64,000 bases of DNA from Escherichia coli (lineage in GTDB: Bacteria; Pseudomonadota; Gammaproteobacteria; Enterobacterales; Enterobacteriaceae): NCBI RefSeq assembly GCF_045037415.1, contig NZ_CP173438.1; one strand, given 5' to 3'. How positions within the stretch are numbered: position 1 is the first letter of the stretch; each line of letters begins with the position of its first letter. Shown here piece by piece: positions 26,580 through 38,068 of the stretch. Both the position numbers and the translations under genes were made by a program. Below the pieces are notes generated by a model. That model was not told the origin of the DNA and ran no database searches. It saw only the letters and a list, made by a program, of their open reading frames with translations.

Positions 26580-27146
26580 TTAGATCTTAACTCGCTGAAT
26601 AAACTCACCAAATGCGGTCAATTGCCCGGTCAGGTGGTCCAGCGTACCCTGATCAATCACTTCCCCGGTTTGCGGATCAACTTTGTTCTGAATCACGCCG
26701 CCCATAAATTCTGGCTTGTTCATCACCATTGCATCGAGGAAAACCAGAATCTGGCGCAGGTGATACTGACAGCGCGCGCCGCCAATCACGCCCATTGAGC
26801 TGGTCTGAATCAATACCGGTTTACCAGCCAGCGGTTGATCCGGCAGGCGGGAAAGCCAGTCGATGGCATTTTTCAGCCCACCCGGTACCGAGTAGTTATA
26901 TTCCGGCGTGACGATCACCACACCGTCAGCCTGACGGATCTGTTCCGCCAGAGCTTCAACCGTTGCTGGAAAACCGTCTTCCTGCTGTACGTCAGCGTCA
27001 TACAGGGGAATGTCGGCAATGGAAGGCAACGCATTGACTTCCATACTCGCCGGAGCAATTTTCGGCAGGGTACGTGCAACCATGCCATTAAATGAGCCTT
27101 TGCGCAGGCTCCCCAGTAACGTAACCACCTGCAATTTTTCAGACAT
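26580..27146 (-). CDS. chrR: NAD(P)H-dependent FMN reductase / chromate-quinone reductase (188 aa)
   Basis: 188-aa ORF, flavodoxin-like NADPH-dependent FMN reductase. Confidence 0.85.
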   Translation of the reverse strand: MSEKLQVVTLLGSLRKGSFNGMVARTLPKIAPASMEVNALPSIADIPLYDADVQQEDGFPATVEALAEQIRQADGVVIVTPEYNYSVPGGLKNAIDWLSRLPDQPLAGKPVLIQTSSMGVIGGARCQYHLRQILVFLDAMVMNKPEFMGGVIQNKVDPQTGEVIDQGTLDHLTGQLTAFGEFIQRVKI

Positions 27147-27167
27147 GATGACTCCTGTGGTTGTCTA

Positions 27168-27929
27168 TCAATTTGGCGAAAAAGCCTTCACGGTAGAGAG
27201 CTGGGCAAAACGCATCATCCGGCTGGTAGGATTGTTGGCGCGGCTGTGAATATCGGGCAGGCTTTTCCAGCCGTGTTTGCCATCTAACTCCCAGACACTG
27301 AGCTTTTCAATCGTGGGCGTGACCGCCACGGACCACACCAGCACGTCCTCCGCGTCGCATAACGCTTCTACATGATTTACATGAGCACATTTCAGGCGTC
27401 CGGCAATGGGCAGTAGTTGCAGATCGCGCGGATCGTCATTCAAAACATCACCGGTTAGTTTTAGCACGCTCCGGCGCAGCGTGATGAGCTGCGCCCGCGC
27501 TTCGTTAGGATCGTTTTGTTTACTGATCCATAGCGATTCATTGCTGGAAAAGGTGTGGTTATCGGGCGCGTGTGGGCTATGAAACCCGCGTGTCGCACGC
27601 TGTAGTTCCATATCGAGGCCACATTCACCTTCGGTTGTTAACGCCACGCCGACCATATTCCCGGCATAGGAAATAGAAAACGAAGGCAAATTTTTATCGC
27701 TGAAAACCGGTTTTCCTTTCGGCAGGGTGACGATTTCCGGCAATTCGCCAATGCCATACAGCATGAACATCAGTTCTGCGAGTAAACCTCTGGACGCCAG
27801 AAAACGGCTTTGACGATGAGGGGGAATGTTTCGGGCTTCTTGATGACACTGGGAGGGGAGACGAACAGAAATCAGATGTCCTTCCGTTAAAATCCCTCGG
27901 GCAAAGTGAGTCGCCATTTTTCGCTCCAT
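27168..27929 (-). CDS. yieE: 4'-phosphopantetheinyl transferase-like protein (253 aa from first ATG; start uncertain)
   Basis: 253-aa ORF recognised as E. coli YieE. Confidence 0.75.
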   Translation of the reverse strand: MERKMATHFARGILTEGHLISVRLPSQCHQEARNIPPHRQSRFLASRGLLAELMFMLYGIGELPEIVTLPKGKPVFSDKNLPSFSISYAGNMVGVALTTEGECGLDMELQRATRGFHSPHAPDNHTFSSNESLWISKQNDPNEARAQLITLRRSVLKLTGDVLNDDPRDLQLLPIAGRLKCAHVNHVEALCDAEDVLVWSVAVTPTIEKLSVWELDGKHGWKSLPDIHSRANNPTSRMMRFAQLSTVKAFSPN

Positions 27930-28073
27930 GCTTAATGGTCCATTATGAATACAAGAGTAATCATTTACTGGAATGATGGACAGACTAAAGCGGCTAAAAG
28001 TTCGATTCAGATAAATTTATTACAACTTTTTTACATTTCATTGTGAAATTGGGTCGCGTTTCATACGATTCGG

Positions 28074-29033
28074 TTATGCCATCGACGCGTAAAGATTTTT
28101 AATGGTTTCCCGTAACCAGACGATCTTCGGATTACGGCTGTTCCGTTTATGCCACAGAAGGGTAAAAGGGACTTCCAGCTTTTTTTGCTGGCTTTCATCA
28201 AACGGGAGAGGAAGAGCAACCAACGGCAGTTGGTGGAGTTGATTGTAGTACTGGCAGTAGCGCGGCGCGGTCGCCAGTAGCAGATTGTCGGGCTGTGCTG
28301 CCATAAACAGTGACTGCTCGAATTCCGGCAGGCTCATAGCAATCGTGCGTTCGCGCCCCAGCTCCTGTAACACATTGTCCAGCGCCCAGGTATCGCTCTG
28401 TTCCCAGCAAATGCTGATATGCGGATAACGTAAAAAGGTGTCCAGATTCCATGCTTCATGCAGTGCCGGATGATCTTTGCGTAACCAGACGCAGGGCACA
28501 TCACTAAACAGCACTTCATAATCAATGGATAACGGTAGCGAGCTTAACAGCTCCCGCGAACGGGGATGACTTTCGCGACCGGAAAAACCAATATCCACTT
28601 CACCACGAGTAATGGCATCTAAGGAATCGTAATCCCAGTTACGTAATTTGATGGTCGCCTGCGGGTATCGTTGGTAGATCCGTTTCGACAGCGCATTAAG
28701 CATGATCATCATCAGCGGCGATTCCGCCGCCAGTTCGAACTTAAGACCGCGCGGCGTTTCGTGGAGTGGTTTGTCCAGCAACTGATTGCTCATTTGCATC
28801 CACTCCGCCAGATTTTGCTCCATGCTGACCATTAGCGGTGTGGGCGACAGCCCCAGCGGTGAGTTCACAAAGAGCGGGTCGTCAAACCACGCTCTTAACT
28901 TTGCCAGCGACTTACTCACCGACGAAGGGGTCACGTTCATCCGCTTCGCCGCTTTGGTCACGCTGCGCTCCTGCATCAGCAGTTGCAGACAGAGCAGCAG
29001 ATTGAGATCAAGCGTTGTGATGGATTTCTTCAT
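28074..29033 (-). CDS. yidZ: LysR-family transcriptional regulator (319 aa)
   Basis: ORF 28074..29042; N-terminal HTH, start taken at [11 protein letters not shown]. Confidence 0.85.
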   Translation of the reverse strand: MKKSITTLDLNLLLCLQLLMQERSVTKAAKRMNVTPSSVSKSLAKLRAWFDDPLFVNSPLGLSPTPLMVSMEQNLAEWMQMSNQLLDKPLHETPRGLKFELAAESPLMMIMLNALSKRIYQRYPQATIKLRNWDYDSLDAITRGEVDIGFSGRESHPRSRELLSSLPLSIDYEVLFSDVPCVWLRKDHPALHEAWNLDTFLRYPHISICWEQSDTWALDNVLQELGRERTIAMSLPEFEQSLFMAAQPDNLLLATAPRYCQYYNQLHQLPLVALPLPFDESQQKKLEVPFTLLWHKRNSRNPKIVWLRETIKNLYASMA

Positions 29034-30183
29034 GAGCGGCAACCGGGCGTCCAGGCGCGACGAACATAATCAGCAACAGGCTCACTATGCTACAGGCAAT
29101 CAGAATCCCGATCAGCATATTCCATGCACCGATACCAACCACCGCCGCCAGCCAAATCCACAGTGACGAACCGCAAACTTGCGCAATACCTAAGGTCGAG
29201 CTGGCTACGCCCGCGCGTAATGAAAACGGCCCCAACGCCTGACTCATCGCTACGCCAAAACCTACCGAGAAACCGGCGCAAATCAGCGTGATACCAAACA
29301 GCGAAACCGCATGGGAAGGTGAAACGGCAAGGGTGATCCCCGCCGCCAGGAATAACACCTGTGAGGTGATCATCAACGTACGTGGCTTAAAAATTCCCAG
29401 CGCAAACGGCGTGGAGAATGAAACGGTCATGCTGACGCCAGCGGTCAACGCCATAATGGTGGCGTATTCTCCGCGCTCAAAACCCATGATTTCCATCAGC
29501 AATACTGGCGACGTGTTGACGAAGGTGAGGATCACCGAAACGCTGAGGGTGGTGATAACAACACGGCTGAGGAAAAACCGGTTAAGCAGTGACTCGCTAT
29601 TTTCTCGTGGTTTGTCCGAAGCTGCGGGGGCCGCAGGGCGCGTTTCTTTTAAAATAAACAAAGACAACATCAGTACCGCGATGCCCATCGTTGCCATCGT
29701 CCAGAACAGACTCTGCCAAGGGAATTTAAGCATAATCAGGTGTCCGAGCACCGGCGCTAACACCGGAATGATGCAGGTAATGCCGTTGAGTAACGACAGC
29801 ACTTTAGCCCGACGTCGATCATCCAGCGTGTCGCGCAAAATGGCGAACGCCACTACGTAACAACAGCCCGCGCCCAGTCCCTGTAGAAATCGCCCTGCAA
29901 GAAATAACGCGCTGGTTTCAGCCAGTGAACAGAACACCGAGGCGATAATAAATAGCGCCGCGCCGGGTATGGCGACAGGCTTTCTCCCTGAACGATCGGC
30001 CACTTTACCGGCAAATAACATCGCAGCCGCCATCCCCGCCAGATAAACGGAGAACGCAATATGCAACTGCGCTTCGCTGGCATTGAGATCGGCGGCGATG
30101 CGCGGTAAACCAACGAGGTACATATCAATCCCTGCGGGATAAAGTAAAACCAGGGCAAAACTACAAATCAAAAAGCGGGACAT
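29008..30183 (-). CDS. mdtL: MFS multidrug efflux transporter MdtL (391 aa)
   Basis: 391-aa 12-TM MFS ORF; 3' end overlaps the yidZ start by ~26 bp. Confidence 0.88.
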   Translation of the reverse strand: MSRFLICSFALVLLYPAGIDMYLVGLPRIAADLNASEAQLHIAFSVYLAGMAAAMLFAGKVADRSGRKPVAIPGAALFIIASVFCSLAETSALFLAGRFLQGLGAGCCYVVAFAILRDTLDDRRRAKVLSLLNGITCIIPVLAPVLGHLIMLKFPWQSLFWTMATMGIAVLMLSLFILKETRPAAPAASDKPRENSESLLNRFFLSRVVITTLSVSVILTFVNTSPVLLMEIMGFERGEYATIMALTAGVSMTVSFSTPFALGIFKPRTLMITSQVLFLAAGITLAVSPSHAVSLFGITLICAGFSVGFGVAMSQALGPFSLRAGVASSTLGIAQVCGSSLWIWLAAVVGIGAWNMLIGILIACSIVSLLLIMFVAPGRPVAAHEEIHHNA

Positions 30184-30314
30184 GGGCTAAAGCGTCCTGA
30201 TAGTAAGGTGACGCAAAGCATACGTGGTGAAGGATAATCAGGCGAGTTGCCATTTGGACAAAAGAGATTTCCTGACAGGCAAGAAGCCAGCGAATGGCTG
30301 GCTTCCTGAAAGAT

Positions 30315-31562
30315 TTAGCCAAATTTAGGTAACACGTTAAAGACGTTACCGAACCAGCATAAAATTACGGTTATGCCAAAGAGAATGACAATCGCCGGAA
30401 TAAGATTGCCGCCCCAGACCGTGAACATCTGATTGGGAAACTTCTTGCGGGCTTTGATTGCCAGTACAGCAGGAATTATTACCGCCCAGATGGTGGCGCA
30501 CAGTCCGGCACCGCCGATCCCGTAAATAAAGCCGTTCGGGAAGATCAGATACAACAACGCGGGTGGCAGGAAGGTTAACAGCACGGTTTTGAAACGCCCG
30601 GCGTGGGAGTTATCAATCTTAAACAGATCCGCCAGATAATCGAACAATCCCAGCGTGACACCAAAAAACGAGCTGGCAACAGCTAAGTTAGAGAACACCA
30701 GCAGGCAAAATTCGATAATGCCGTGCTGTTTGGTGCCGAGGAACGATTTCACCAGCGAATCAACGTTGCCGCCTGAGGAGATTATCGCCTTAAAGCTTTC
30801 TCGCGGGATATTCCCCATCGTGCAATAGAGCCAGAAGAGATAAATCACCAGCGCCAGCAGCGAACCGAAGACCACGCTTTTGATGAGCTTATCTTTGCGT
30901 TTGCCATAGCAAATAATCAGGCTGGGAATATTGCCGTGGAAACCAAATGACGCCAGACACACCGGCAAAGCCATAAAGATATACGGGAAGTAAGACGTCC
31001 CCGCAGTGGTGCTGGTGGAATCGCGCAGAATGGAGTAATCGACCTGGAAGAAGAAAGAACCAAAAACAATTACAAAGGAGATAATCTTCAGCCCAAGGAA
31101 CAATGAGGTAATACGACTGGCGGCTAATGAACTTATCCACAATACGCTGGCAACGAAAATGGCAGTGCAGATCCCGACAATACGTGGATTAGCGTGATAG
31201 CCCAAATTCATTGATATCGTTTCACTAATGATCGCACCATTAGCAGAGATATAGGCATAAGTGAGGATATAGAGAACGAAGGCAACGGTAATACCGCTGA
31301 TTATGTTCCAGGTGTTACCGATTAAATCTTTGGTGATGGTGTTAAAACTGGAACCGACGGGATAATTTAAGTTTGCTTCTAATAATAATAGCCCTGAATG
31401 TAACATTGAAAACCAGGCGATAATAAGAATAAAAGCGCCCCAAAAAAACCAGGCTCCGGCAAGGTCAACAGGTAAAGCAAACATCCCACCGCCAATTACT
31501 GTACCGGCTATAACCATAACACCCCAAAATGCAGAGTGTTTTTTTTCTGATTGATCAGTCAT
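30315..31562 (-). CDS. tnaB: Low-affinity tryptophan permease (415 aa)
   Basis: 415-aa aromatic amino acid permease family ORF downstream of tnaA. Confidence 0.93.
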   Translation of the reverse strand: MTDQSEKKHSAFWGVMVIAGTVIGGGMFALPVDLAGAWFFWGAFILIIAWFSMLHSGLLLLEANLNYPVGSSFNTITKDLIGNTWNIISGITVAFVLYILTYAYISANGAIISETISMNLGYHANPRIVGICTAIFVASVLWISSLAASRITSLFLGLKIISFVIVFGSFFFQVDYSILRDSTSTTAGTSYFPYIFMALPVCLASFGFHGNIPSLIICYGKRKDKLIKSVVFGSLLALVIYLFWLYCTMGNIPRESFKAIISSGGNVDSLVKSFLGTKQHGIIEFCLLVFSNLAVASSFFGVTLGLFDYLADLFKIDNSHAGRFKTVLLTFLPPALLYLIFPNGFIYGIGGAGLCATIWAVIIPAVLAIKARKKFPNQMFTVWGGNLIPAIVILFGITVILCWFGNVFNVLPKFG

Positions 31563-31653
31563 GATGCCACCTTTAGAGGAAGGCTATTTTTGTTATTGAG
31601 GATGTAGGGTAATAGAGTGGCTAACATCCTTATAGCCACTCTGAGTGTTTTAA

Positions 31654-33069
31654 TTAAACTTCTTTCAGTTTTGCGGTGAAGTGACGCAATACTTTCGGTT
31701 CGTAGGTAAAGGTTAACCCTTTAATATTCGCCGCGTTCTCTTTCACATGTTTAAAGGCTTCAATAATGAAGTCCATATGTGTTTGAGTATATGTTGCGCG
31801 CGGAATGGTTAAACGCAGCAGTTCAGCCGGGCATGGCAGTTGTTTACCGGTTTTCGGATCGCGGCCTAACAGGAAAGAGCCAATTTCTACCGCACGGATA
31901 CCGGCGACTTTATACAGCTCGCAGGCCAGCGCCTGTGCCGGGAACTGATCTGCCGGGATATGCGGCAACAGTTTACCTGCATCAACGAATGCCGCGTGAC
32001 CGCCCGCCTGCTGACAGACAACGCCAATCTCTTCCAGACCATCGACCAGATACTGCACCTGCGCGATACGATAAGCCAGCCAGTCCAGATTCATGCCGTC
32101 ATACAGACCTACCGCCAGACGCTCCATAGCGCCGCCTTCCAGGCCGCCATATGTCGGGAAGCCTTCCTGCACCACGCAAAGGGTTCTGCATTCGGTATAC
32201 ACATCAAAGAAGCTGTTGTCTTTCATGCACAGCAGGCCGCCCATCGGCACCATCGCATCTTTCTTGGCGGACATCGCCAGCATATCGGCATATTTGTAGG
32301 TTTCGCGGGTGATCTGCTCGATGGTCCAGTCTTTGTATTCTGCTTCACGCTGCTTGATGAAATAGGCGTTTTCGGCAAAGCGTGCGGAGTCCATGACCAC
32401 CGGAATATCGTATTTCTTCGCGATGCTGTACATCGCTTTTAAGTTTGCCAGTGAAACCGGCTGACCACCTGCGGAGTTACTGGTGATGGTTGCAACAATA
32501 TACGGCACGTTATTCGGGCCAACTTCTTCAATACCGCGTTCTAATCCCTCAAGGTCAAAGTTGCCTTTAAAGTCGTAACGCACGCCAGTATCGAAGGCTT
32601 CTTTGATATAGACGTTACGCACGGTACAGCCGTTAATCTGGCTATGGCCCTGCGTGGTATCAAAGAAATAGTTAGAGAACGCCACCATTTTGCTGCGATC
32701 CAGGCCTTTTTCCTGCTCGCGTTTTTTAATCAGTACCGGAATATAGATTTGCTCTGCACCACGGCCCTGGTGAGTCGGAATAGTGTATTGATAACCAAAG
32801 ATATTTTTCACTGACTCGGCTAACGCGTAGTAGCTGCGGCTGCCGCTGTAGGCTTCGTCGCCACGCATCATCGCGGCCTGCATACTCTGCGTCACCGCCC
32901 CGGTGCCGCTGTCGGTCAGTAAATCGATAAACACATCTTCGCTATCCAGCAGGAACGGGTTCATACCGGATTTAATAATTGCCTCTTCACGATAAGCGCG
33001 AGTGGTACGTTTTACTGGCTCAATAACACGAATGCGGAACGGTTCAGGGAGATGTTTAAAGTTTTCCAT
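31654..33069 (-). CDS. tnaA: Tryptophanase (471 aa)
   Basis: ORF 31654..33084; start at [15 protein letters not shown] gives 471 aa. Confidence 0.95.
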   Translation of the reverse strand: MENFKHLPEPFRIRVIEPVKRTTRAYREEAIIKSGMNPFLLDSEDVFIDLLTDSGTGAVTQSMQAAMMRGDEAYSGSRSYYALAESVKNIFGYQYTIPTHQGRGAEQIYIPVLIKKREQEKGLDRSKMVAFSNYFFDTTQGHSQINGCTVRNVYIKEAFDTGVRYDFKGNFDLEGLERGIEEVGPNNVPYIVATITSNSAGGQPVSLANLKAMYSIAKKYDIPVVMDSARFAENAYFIKQREAEYKDWTIEQITRETYKYADMLAMSAKKDAMVPMGGLLCMKDNSFFDVYTECRTLCVVQEGFPTYGGLEGGAMERLAVGLYDGMNLDWLAYRIAQVQYLVDGLEEIGVVCQQAGGHAAFVDAGKLLPHIPADQFPAQALACELYKVAGIRAVEIGSFLLGRDPKTGKQLPCPAELLRLTIPRATYTQTHMDFIIEAFKHVKENAANIKGLTFTYEPKVLRHFTAKLKEV

Positions 33070-33289
33070 TACATAATCCTTCATTTATTTTAATTACAGT
33101 GATCCCTGTGAATATTACATTTGCAATATCCATTAATTCGCCAGATATATATGCAAGCACCATCATTTACTAAAACAAGTAAATAAACGAGAGATGGCCT
33201 TTGTAAAAGGCAAAATTAAGATATAGCAAACTAATCGATCACATTGAATCTAATCGGTTTGGCTCTGGTGATGGCTACAGAAGGGCAAA

Positions 33290-33364
33290 TCAAGGGCGGT
33301 GATCGACAATCTTGTTGTCAATATTAAACCATTTTGAGGTCACACATATATGTAAGATATTCAT
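33290..33364 (-). CDS. tnaC: tna operon leader peptide TnaC (24 aa)
   Basis: Minus-strand reading gives atgaatatcttacatatatgtgtgacctcaaaatggttcaatattgacaacaagattgtcgatcaccgcccttga = MNILHICVTSKWFNIDNKIVDHRP*. Confidence 0.9.
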   Translation of the reverse strand: MNILHICVTSKWFNIDNKIVDHRP

Positions 33365-33439
33365 AATGCACTTATCCTCGAAAGACACGAGGCTACAGTA
33401 TAATACTCAAGAAATTTGTCTATTCTGAAATTGTTTAAA

Positions 33440-33455
33440 TGTGAATCGAATCACA
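33440..33455. promoter_or_regulatory. CRP (CAP) binding site of the tna promoter
   Basis: tgtgaatcgaatcaca, a near-perfect TGTGA-N6-TCACA palindrome upstream of tnaC. Confidence 0.7.
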
Positions 33456-33561
33456 ATCGTTCGGGACGCAATATTAAATATCTATTTTAAAGATTATAAA
33501 TTACGTAAGAATTTTAATGTTTAAAAAAGGGTTGAGGAATAACAGGAGTGCTAACAATGAA

Positions 33562-33596
33562 GCGAAGCCGCATCTGACAGTCAGAATGCGGCTTCG
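33562..33596 (-). terminator. Putative terminator downstream of mnmE
   Basis: gcgaagccgcat…atgcggcttcgc hairpin immediately 3' of the mnmE stop. Confidence 0.55.
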
Positions 33597-33605
33597 CAAG
33601 CGCGG

Positions 33606-34970
33606 TTACTTACCGATACAGAAGCTGGAGAAAATCCGCCCCAGTAGGTCGTCTGAAGTAAACTCCCCGGTGATCTCGCTTAAGTTCTGCTGCGCCAGGC
33701 GCAACTCTTCCGCCAGCAGTTCACCCGCCCAGGCACCTAACAGTTGCGCTTTACCTTGCTGCAAATGCTCTGCCGCCTGTTCCAGCGCCTGTAGGTGACG
33801 ACGACGCGCCAGGAAGCCGCCTTCCATATTAGTGTCAAAGCCCATGCTCTGTTTGAGATGGTTACGCAGCACATCCACGCCTTCGCCAGTCCGCGCCGAA
33901 AGACGAATTAACGCGTGACCGTTCACTTCGCTCATCCCCAACGTTTCGCCGGTGATATCGGCTTTATTGCGCACCACGGTGATCGGCAGTTTCGCTGGCA
34001 GACGGGCGATAAATTCCGGCCAGATCTCTGCCGGATCAACGGCGTCTGTCGTGGTGCCATCGACCATAAACAGCACGCGGTCTGCCTGTTCAATTTCCTG
34101 CCATGCGCGCTCGATACCAATACGTTCAACTTCGTCACTGGCTTCACGTAGCCCGGCGGTATCGATGATATGCAACGGCATTCCGTCAATGTGGATATGC
34201 TCACGCAGCACGTCACGCGTGGTTCCGGCGATATCGGTTACGATTGCTGCTTCACGGCCCGCCAGCGCGTTCAGCAGGCTCGATTTACCGGCGTTAGGAC
34301 GTCCGGCAATCACCACTTTCATCCCTTCGCGCAACAAACTACCCTGACGAGCTTCGGCGCGTACCGCGTCGAGATCGGCAATTACGTCATTGAGCTGGGC
34401 TTCAATTTTGCCGTCGGAGAGGAAATCGATCTCTTCATCCGGGAAATCAATTGCCGCTTCGACGTAAATGCGCAAGTGGGTGAGGGCTTCCACCAGATGG
34501 TTGACCCGTGCGGAGAACGCGCCTTGCAGCGAGTTTAGCGCCGAACGGGCCGCCTGTTCCGAGCTGGCGTCGATAAGATCCGCAATCGCCTCGGCCTGGG
34601 CTAAGTCGAGTTTATCGTTCAGAAATGCGCGTTCGGAAAACTCACCAGGGCGGGCAATCCGCAGGCCGGGAATGGTCAGAATGCGTTTTAACAGCAGGTC
34701 GAGGATCACCGGACCGCCATGACCTTGCAGTTCCAGCACATCTTCGCCGGTGAACGAGTTCGGGCCAGGGAACCATAGCGCAATCCCCTGATCGAGCACG
34801 CTGCCATCGGCGTCTTTAAACGGAAGATAATCGGCGTAGCGTGGCTTAGGCAGTTTACCCAGCACGGTTTCGGCAACTTCACGGGCTTTGAGGCCGGAGA
34901 TGCGCAGGATGCCAACGCCGCCACGTCCCGGAGGCGTGGCCTGGGCTACGATAGTGTCATTATCGCTCAT
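33606..34970 (-). CDS. mnmE: tRNA modification GTPase MnmE (454 aa)
   Basis: 454-aa ORF with G-domain motifs [12 protein letters not shown] and DTAG, C-terminal CIGK. Confidence 0.95.
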
Positions 34971-35021
34971 GATGTTCCTGTTGCTTTGTGTGGCGGATGT
35001 GTGGTGCTTATCCGCCCTACG

Positions 35022-35052
35022 AAAAGAAAAAAGGCGGTCAACTGACCGCCCT
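35022..35052 (-). terminator. Rho-independent terminator after yidC
   Basis: ggcggtc-aact-gaccgcc hairpin with a flanking A/T run. Confidence 0.6.
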
Positions 35053-35075
35053 TATTTTAGCGAAAACTCACCGAA

Positions 35076-36722
35076 TCAGGATTTTTTCTTCTCGCGGCTA
35101 TGCAAGCCACGTTTTTCCAGACCACGGTAAATCAGCTGCTGCTGAATAATGGTTACCAGGTTGCTGACGATATAGTACAGCACCAGACCTGACGGGAACC
35201 ACAGGAAGAACACAGTGAAGATGACCGGCATAAAGGTCATGATCTTCTGCTGCATCGGGTCGGTCACAGTGGTCGGCGACATCTTCTGAATGAAGAACAT
35301 CGTTACGCCCATCAGGATCGGCAGGATGTAGTACGGGTCCTGTGCAGACAGGTCGTGGATCCACAGTGCAAACGGTGCCTGACGTAGTTCAACGGAACCC
35401 ATCAGCATGTAGTACAACGCCAGGAAGATTGGCATCTGGATCAGCAGCGGGAAGCAGCCGCCCAGCGGGTTAACCTTCTCAGCTTTGTACAGCGCCATCA
35501 TTTCCTGGCTTATGCGCTGTTTGTCATCGCCCAGACGCTCACGCATTGCCTGAATCTTCGGCTGCAGCATACGCATCTTCGCCATGGAGGTGTACTGCGC
35601 TTTGGTCAGCGGGTACATGATGCCACGAACGATAAAGGTGATGATGATAATGGAGAAGCCCCAGTTACCCACAAAGCTATGGATCCATTTCAGCAGTTTG
35701 AACAGTGGCTGAGAGATGAACCACAACCAACCGTAATCAACGGTCAGATCCAGGTGCGGAGCAACAGCTGCCATTTTGTCCTGAATTTCCGGGCCAACCC
35801 ACAGGGTGCTGTTCATCGCGCCAGTCTGACCAGGCTGAACCAGTACCGGCTGAGATTTATAGCCGATAGCGGCGATGCCGTTACCCAGATTAGCGGTGTA
35901 GAAGTTGTTGGTACCGTCGTTATGCGGGATCCACGCCGTCGCGAAATACTGTTGCAGCATTGCCACCCAACCACCTTTCGAAGAGATGTTCAGGTTTTCG
36001 TTATCGGCAATGGTATCGAATTTGTATTTCTCGTACTTCTCGTCAGGCGTGGAGTACGCCGCACCACGGAAGGTGTGCAGTGCGAAGTTGCTGCTTCCGG
36101 TATCGAGATGCGGTGGCAGAGTGATGGATTGCTTCAACTGACCAAAGGTGGAGATTTCCAGCGGTTTCTCGCCAGCGTTCTGCACGTTGTAGTTGACGTT
36201 GACAGCGTAATCACCACGTTTCAGGACAAACGTTTTGGTAAACGTGTTGCCTGCCGCGTCGGTATACGTCATCGGCACCTGCAGTTCGTTTTGACCTTCA
36301 GCCAGCACATAAGCGTCTTTTTCAACGTTATATAGCGGACGCGGGCCGTTAGCCGGGTTATCCGGGCCATCACGACCGGTCAGACCGCTCTGTGCCTGAT
36401 AAATAAACTGCGGTGAAGTTTCCAGCAGCTGGAACGGCTGGGTAGAGTTCAGCTCTTTCGGGTAAGCCGGCAGCAGGGCCTGCTCAACATCACCACCACG
36501 GGTGTTGATGGTCAGATCAAGCACGTCGGTCTTAACCGAGATCAGTTTCCCCTGGCCACTGGCCGGTACGCCCTGGTCGGCGGCGCTACCCGCTGCGGTG
36601 GTCGTTGTCTGCGTGGTCTGTTGGGCCTGAGGTTGCGGGTTTTTATCCTGCTCCCAGGCTTGCCAGATCATGAAAGACACGAACAGCAAAGCGATGACTA
36701 AAAGATTGCGTTGCGAATCCAT
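35076..36722 (-). CDS. yidC: Membrane protein insertase YidC (548 aa)
   Basis: 548-aa [29 protein letters not shown]…. Confidence 0.95.
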
Positions 36723-36724
36723 CG

Positions 36725-36982
36725 TTAGTGTTCTCTGGTATCAAATGGTCCGGGCGGGACGGGATCGTCACCACCAGGGTGTAAAGGGTGGCATTTTAAT
36801 ACGCGTTTCACCGTCAACCAACTGCCTTTTATCACTCCAAACCTGCGCAATGCCTCAATTCCGTAGCTTGAACAGGTTGGAGTGAAACGACAATGCGGCC
36901 CGAGTAGCGGACTAATCAGGCGTTGATAGACCCGAATGAGGGCTATCAGGACCCGCGAGCCAGGCGACAGTGGCGGCGCCAT
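36725..36982 (-). CDS. yidD: Putative membrane protein insertion efficiency factor (85 aa)
   Basis: 85-aa ORF between rnpA and yidC, overlapping the rnpA 3' end. Confidence 0.85.
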
Positions 36983-37305
36983 AATTTTTCCAACGCTTCC
37001 GAGAGAGCACGGTTATCGAGGTCGGCAACCCCTTTTTTCGCCACCACCACGAAATCCATAGCCGGGAGTTCATGTTGGCGCAGACGGAAGCTTTCACGCG
37101 TCAGACGTTTAATCCGATTGCGTTCATGGGCGCGTCGAACGTTTTTCTTGGCGACTGTAAGACCGATACGGGGATGCCCCAGCGAATTCAGGCGGCCGAG
37201 AATAGTAATTTGCGGCGTGCCAGCCCGTTGTGGCTGCTGGAAGACGAATGTGAATTGACTGGGAGTTAACAAGCGTAACTCCCTGGGAAATGCGAGCTTA
37301 ACCAC
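36946..37305 (-). CDS. rnpA: RNase P protein component (119 aa), GTG start
   Basis: 119-aa basic [28 protein letters not shown]…. Confidence 0.93.
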
Positions 37306-37321
37306 TCAGGGGTTAGCTTTA

Positions 37322-37474
<153 letters not shown>

Positions 37475-37839
37475 CTAAACTTGAATAAATTCAATGGCTT
37501 TATTGGATATCCGCCGAAAAATGAAACGATGGACACCGAAGCCATGGGTGATTAAAGAGGCCGGATTGTAATAATTGTACACTCCGGAGTCAATTCTCTT
37601 TCCTTATTTACCGCGCTTTTCCGCACCTTTTCGCGGGGAAAACGTACGGCCTCACACCAGTGAAAACCAGCATGGCGCGCCGGGTGGAGGATTATACGGG
37701 CTGACGGGTAAAGCGCAAGGATCGTCCTGGATCTTTATTAGATCGATTAAGCCATTTTTTGTCTATGGTCATTAAATTTTCCAATATGCGGCGTAAATCG
37801 TGCCCGGCCTGCGGCAGGATCGTTTACACTTAGCGAGTT

Positions 37840-37950
37840 CTGGATCATCCTGTGGATAAATCGGGAAAATCTGTGAGAAACAGAAGATCTCTTGCGCAGT
37901 TTAGGCTATGATCCGCGGTCCCGATCGTTTTGCAGGATCTTGATCGGGCA
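37840..37950 (+). promoter_or_regulatory. dnaA promoter region with DnaA box and GATC cluster
   Basis: tgtggataa (complement of TTATCCACA) at 37851-37859 and at least seven GATC sites within ~110 bp. Confidence 0.7.
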
Positions 37951-38068
37951 TATAACCGCAGACAGCGGTTCGTGCGTCACCCTCATGCAGGGTCTTTTCG
38001 ACGTACGTCAACAATCATGAATGTTTCAGCCTTAGTCATTATCGACTTTTGTTCGAGTGGAGTCCGCC

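Noticed and set aside
33100-33560. AT-rich segment upstream of tnaA as a possible horizontally acquired island
   Set aside because: It is fully explained by the tna promoter, the tnaC leader peptide and the Rho-dependent spacer.
35679-36335. 218-aa plus-strand ORF inside yidC
   Set aside because: Antisense to yidC, whose own frame is fully supported; no independent evidence.
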